A stretch of 64,000 bases of DNA from Neoconidiobolus thromboides FSU 785. Taxonomy: Eukaryota; Fungi; Entomophthoromycota. The position numbers were made by a program, and so were the translations under genes. Below the pieces are notes generated by a model. The model was not told the DNA's origin, searched no databases, and saw nothing but the letters and a program-made list of their open reading frames with translations. This document shows, piece after piece, positions 59,968 to 64,000 of this stretch (positions are counted from its first letter, which is position 1; every line of letters begins with the position of its first letter). Location: positions 21,856 through 85,855 of the forward strand of contig MU626345.1 of the NCBI GenBank assembly GCA_025603075.1. Reading direction: 5' to 3'.

Positions 59968-60919
59968 ATATATTTTGAATAAATTTTATAATAACACCTT
60001 TTACTTTATGTTATATAGTTTATAGTTTATTGCATATATTTTTTACTAGTTTAAGTCTGCCTTAGTTATATAAGCTAAAACTTTTTAGCTTATGGCCAGT
60101 TAATTAAGCAAATACTACTTTTAACTTAATTGCTAGTACCAACTCTTATATTAGCTTTGTAAATAATTGAAAGCTATTTAACATGTTTGGAATAACTATA
60201 ACAATATTAAAAAAAATTAATTTCGGCTTTTATACCTGCTTAACATTTTTACACTTTTTAATGCTAAACTCAGTAACTATGTTAATATTATTTGTACTTT
60301 AAAGTTGGTTTTAACGTTAAAATAGTTTTTTTGATAATATAACAATGAAAGTAAGTTTTATCTATATAAATAAATTTACAATTTTATAATTTTTTATATT
60401 TGTTAATATAAAATTTTTGGCAAATCAACAACATGAAAGAATCTAATTACAACTGTAATACATTTACATTTTTGCCAACTTATCTTCATTAGTTTCTATC
60501 TCAATTTGAAACAAAATAGACTTTAATCCAATTATGTTAATAGAAAATATTTATAATCTTGTAAGAAAGTAACTTTATTATAAATTAAATTCAAACTAAC
60601 AAAAAAAGGCTAGTAAAAAATGTAAATATATAACCAAGGCTGTACTTATTTTATCTCCATACTTTTATTATCGATATAAATTGAAAGATTTTATGGTACG
60701 CTTAAAGTACATTTTCTGACTTTCATATACATTTTATTTTTATTTTTATTTTTAGTCATTTACAGAGCCTTTTAAAATATTTTTTAAGACTTTGAAAAAT
60801 CTAAAAAAGTACAATTACTTTGTATAGATCATAAAAAATTAATTATGACATTGACGTTTTTTAAAACTACAAAGCATTGGTATTACTAGATGAGTAAAAG
60901 TATATTTTAATTAATATAT

Positions 60920-61018
60920 GGGGATGTATTTTTGTGTTTAAGAATTTTACTGACAATCTTTCCGCTCAAATAGCGCTTAAAAAATGGAAAAAATAATGAA
61001 GTCAAAAGAAACACTCCC
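60920..61018 (+). mobile_element. MITE copy 18 (closest to consensus)
   Basis: ATAT[GGGGATGT...ACACTCCC]ATAT; both internal CpGs intact. Confidence 0.93.
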
Positions 61019-62253
61019 ATATTTTATCTCGTATCTACTGTGTGTACTTAAATACATGATGTCCATATTAATAAACCTATATCATTTATCCGATTTTCTT
61101 TTTTAATGTTCTCCGATTTCAAATTAGATTATATATTATAATTATAAAATAAAATTTTTTTGCGAATAGATCATAAGTTGTATCAACCTAAATTAGTAAC
61201 TAATATAGGTTTTTGGTAAATCAAATCGTTAAGAAGAAATAAACAATTAAGTTGATTAAGGTTAATAACTTGTATGAAACTCGATATTATAAATAGCAAA
61301 AAGCATAGTGATATAATATAATAAAGTGAAGATTAATTGTTTTCATTTATGCCTTAAATACTGGCTAAACAATAATATTGTTAATAATAAAAATTCAAAA
61401 TTGATTGATCTTAAAACATACTATGTACATTTTAAAAATTATTATTGTAAAAATTATTATAGTTTTTTCAAGTAGCAAAGTTTGTTGTTAAGCTTATATT
61501 TATATAAAGCCTTTTAATTAAGAAATATAGTTATTTCCCAAGCTATTCTGATCTATATTAATATAATCAATAAAAATTAATTAGCAACATTTTAACTATT
61601 TGAAATATCATTAACTATATTCGCATTAATATATTATTCTAGTACTTTGTATTATCTATAGTTAAACCATGGTATTATAAAATATCCTCATCTAATCAGA
61701 TATTACAATTAAACTATTGTTACAAGGTAAATGAATATAATTAGTCATCTACAATTATTTAAGAGAGCAATGTTATAAGATTAGAACTAAAATTAGAACA
61801 ACGTTAAATATAATACCAATTTAGGGTAGAATTTTAACTTAATTGTTTTTTAGAAAATAGTCTACATTAGTATCATATTATATTAACGCTAATAGTGCTT
61901 GAAATAAAAAAGTGTTAAAATAAATAAAATGATATTAGTAATAGCTTGAATAGCTAAAAAAAGTTATTTTTATTATTATGTCAAGCTATCAGATGAGGCG
62001 TTATTGAAAATTGCACAAAAAAGAAAATTCTTTTGGTGTAATAAAATTTTAATACTAATTTAGGATGTTTGAATTATTTTTATAAATGGAAGCATTTACC
62101 TGAGAATAAAAAATAATTTATATAACTCAACATTGTTTAATAAATGGTTAACACCAAATACATTCGTGTTAATTATAACAATAAATACCTCACTGGGATT
62201 GAAACAGTATAAATATAAACAAAAATAACTCACATTAATTATAACATTTAAAT

Positions 62254-63966
62254 ATGAAGTGTTTCATTAGTTTATTGCTCGCATCTGTTATTAATTCTGC
62301 CACTTTGAACTTTGATTGGGAAGTAAAAGAAGGTAGAATTGCGCCTGATAACTTTGCTTTTGAAGGTATATTATTCAATGGTCAATACCCTGCTCCTACT
62401 ATCAATGCTACTGCTGGTGATACTATTGTTGTAAAAGTACGTAATAGACTTAACAAAGATTTCTCTATTCATTGGCATGGAATGGTTCAAAAAGGTACTG
62501 TTGGTTCTGATGGTGTACCATATGTTAGTTCTCCTCCTATTAAGCCAGGTGAAGACTTTTTATACAATTTCCATGTAAATGATCAAACTGGTACTTGGTG
62601 GTACCATGCTCATACTGGATTAGATGCTGAACATGCTTATGGGGCATTAATTGTTCAAGATAAAAAAGATGTTTGGAGTGATATAGTAAAGTTCGATCCA
62701 AGATATCGTTACGATGAGGATAGAGTAGTAATGCTATCTGAAATATGGCATAAACCAAGTGATGAAATGCTTAAAGGACTTTTAGAATTACCATTTAGAT
62801 TCGTTGGTGGTGCTGATAGTATTTTAACGAATGGTATGACTTATAAAGTATGGGATACTAAAGGTGCTGATAATTCTACTGTACCATTTAATAAAGGGTT
62901 TAATGTCATTGATGTAAAACCAAATAAGAGATATAGATTACGCTTAATTGGTGCCAATGGACTTTCATTCCTTACCTTTCGTATTCCAGGGCATAAGTTT
63001 ACCTTAATTGAAGCTGATGGTACTATTATTGAACCAATTGAAGTTGATAGAGTTGAAATAGGACCTGGCCAAAGATATTCCGTAATCATGGAAACAAATC
63101 AACCAATTTCTAACTATTATACTTATACTCAAGTCAGTGGTGGATCTGCTAATCCTAACAATGGTGTTGCTATTCTTCATTATGAAGGTGCTGAAAATCC
63201 AAGCACTTTAAAAAGGACTCCAGCTACTCCACCAACACCTACTGGACCATTCAATCGTTGGGTAGAATCACAATTAGCTACAAGTAAATGGTACAATAAG
63301 GGACTTAACTCTCACTTTTATCCAGTTCCTAAAAAAGTTACCAACGAAATTGTATTAAACATTATTTCAGCTACTCACGAAGGTCATCCAATCTTTACTA
63401 TCAATGATGTTGTTTCAAAGCCAAGGAATTCAACTGTATGGGATGATGTTATTGCTGGACGTCATAAAGCTACCCCAGGTGTTTATGAAATTACTGAAGG
63501 GGAAGTTGTACAACTTGTTCTTCAACATTATATGCCTGCTGGAAGAACTTGTGCTTCTCACCCATGGCATTTACATGGACACTCTTTCTTTGTTGTAGGT
63601 CAAGGTGCAGGTGTATATAACCCAGAGGTTGATGGAAAGGCTATTGATGCTAAATTAAGTACCTCTAATAAAATTCCAATCTATCGTGATACATTCATTC
63701 AATATGCTAATAATGTTAAAGAATCAGCTAGGTCCGCTACTAATCAATTATCAGATACCTTAGGTGTTAGAGTTAATAACGAAAACTCTAATGAAAATCT
63801 TTTTAGCTTTGGGAACTCTCGTGTTGCTGCTGATGATGTTCCATGTGGATGGTACGCTATTCGTTTCAATGCTGACAATCCAGGTTCATGGTTTATGCAT
63901 TGTCATATTACTGCCCATTTAGTTATGGGTAAACAACTTGTTATCAATGAAAATTTTAGAAAATAA
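62254..63966 (+). CDS. Secreted multicopper oxidase (AA1; ascorbate-oxidase/laccase-like), intronless
   Basis: All four copper motifs: HWHG, WYHAH, HPWHLHG and HCHITAHLVMG. Signal peptide present. Confidence 0.95.
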   Translation: MKCFISLLLASVINSATLNFDWEVKEGRIAPDNFAFEGILFNGQYPAPTINATAGDTIVVKVRNRLNKDFSIHWHGMVQKGTVGSDGVPYVSSPPIKPGEDFLYNFHVNDQTGTWWYHAHTGLDAEHAYGALIVQDKKDVWSDIVKFDPRYRYDEDRVVMLSEIWHKPSDEMLKGLLELPFRFVGGADSILTNGMTYKVWDTKGADNSTVPFNKGFNVIDVKPNKRYRLRLIGANGLSFLTFRIPGHKFTLIEADGTIIEPIEVDRVEIGPGQRYSVIMETNQPISNYYTYTQVSGGSANPNNGVAILHYEGAENPSTLKRTPATPPTPTGPFNRWVESQLATSKWYNKGLNSHFYPVPKKVTNEIVLNIISATHEGHPIFTINDVVSKPRNSTVWDDVIAGRHKATPGVYEITEGEVVQLVLQHYMPAGRTCASHPWHLHGHSFFVVGQGAGVYNPEVDGKAIDAKLSTSNKIPIYRDTFIQYANNVKESARSATNQLSDTLGVRVNNENSNENLFSFGNSRVAADDVPCGWYAIRFNADNPGSWFMHCHITAHLVMGKQLVINENFRK

Positions 63967-64000
63967 GTACCTTAATATTACCATTATTCAGAATAAATTT

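Noticed and set aside
2818-61018. MITE copies read as a CRISPR array or tRNA-derived SINEs
   Set aside because: Dispersed in both orientations with no regular spacers, A/B boxes or poly-A tail; TIRs plus TSDs fit a DNA transposon.
49646-62112. Exact 18-bp match ATTTACCTGAGAATAAAA at ~49646 and ~62095; it contains CTGAGA as in TPP riboswitches
   Set aside because: By a rough estimate about one such match is expected by chance at this AT content, and the other TPP aptamer motifs are absent.

Overview
Very AT-rich eukaryotic DNA with short (~40-60 bp) GT-AG introns. It is fungal (Zn2Cys6 and CreA-type factors). An early-diverging, Conidiobolus-like lineage is my inference from composition and gene content only. 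About 21 protein-coding genes: CDS1 (3' end), a secreted aspartic protease, a UGT, a secreted DNRLRE-like protein, ALDH6/MMSDH, eIF5B, an SSS transporter, a catalytically dead CENP-B/pogo-like protein, TMEM135-like, NMD3, CCDC137-like, a Zn2Cys6 TF, fRMsr, an F-box/LRR-like protein, NDUFS7, ThrRS, a 9-exon gene missed by the ORF track that resembles the SMG8 G-like domain, two C2H2 TFs (one CreA/Mig1) and a multicopper oxidase. The main non-coding signal is a ~99-bp MITE family with 18 copies, GGGGATGT...ACATCCCC/ACACTCCC ends and 4-bp target duplications. Two copies sit inside a decayed Sola-like transposase, and removing them in silico rejoins the reading frame at both sites. No rRNA, tRNA or CRISPR was recognised. 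All family assignments come from motif recognition by eye; no searches were run.
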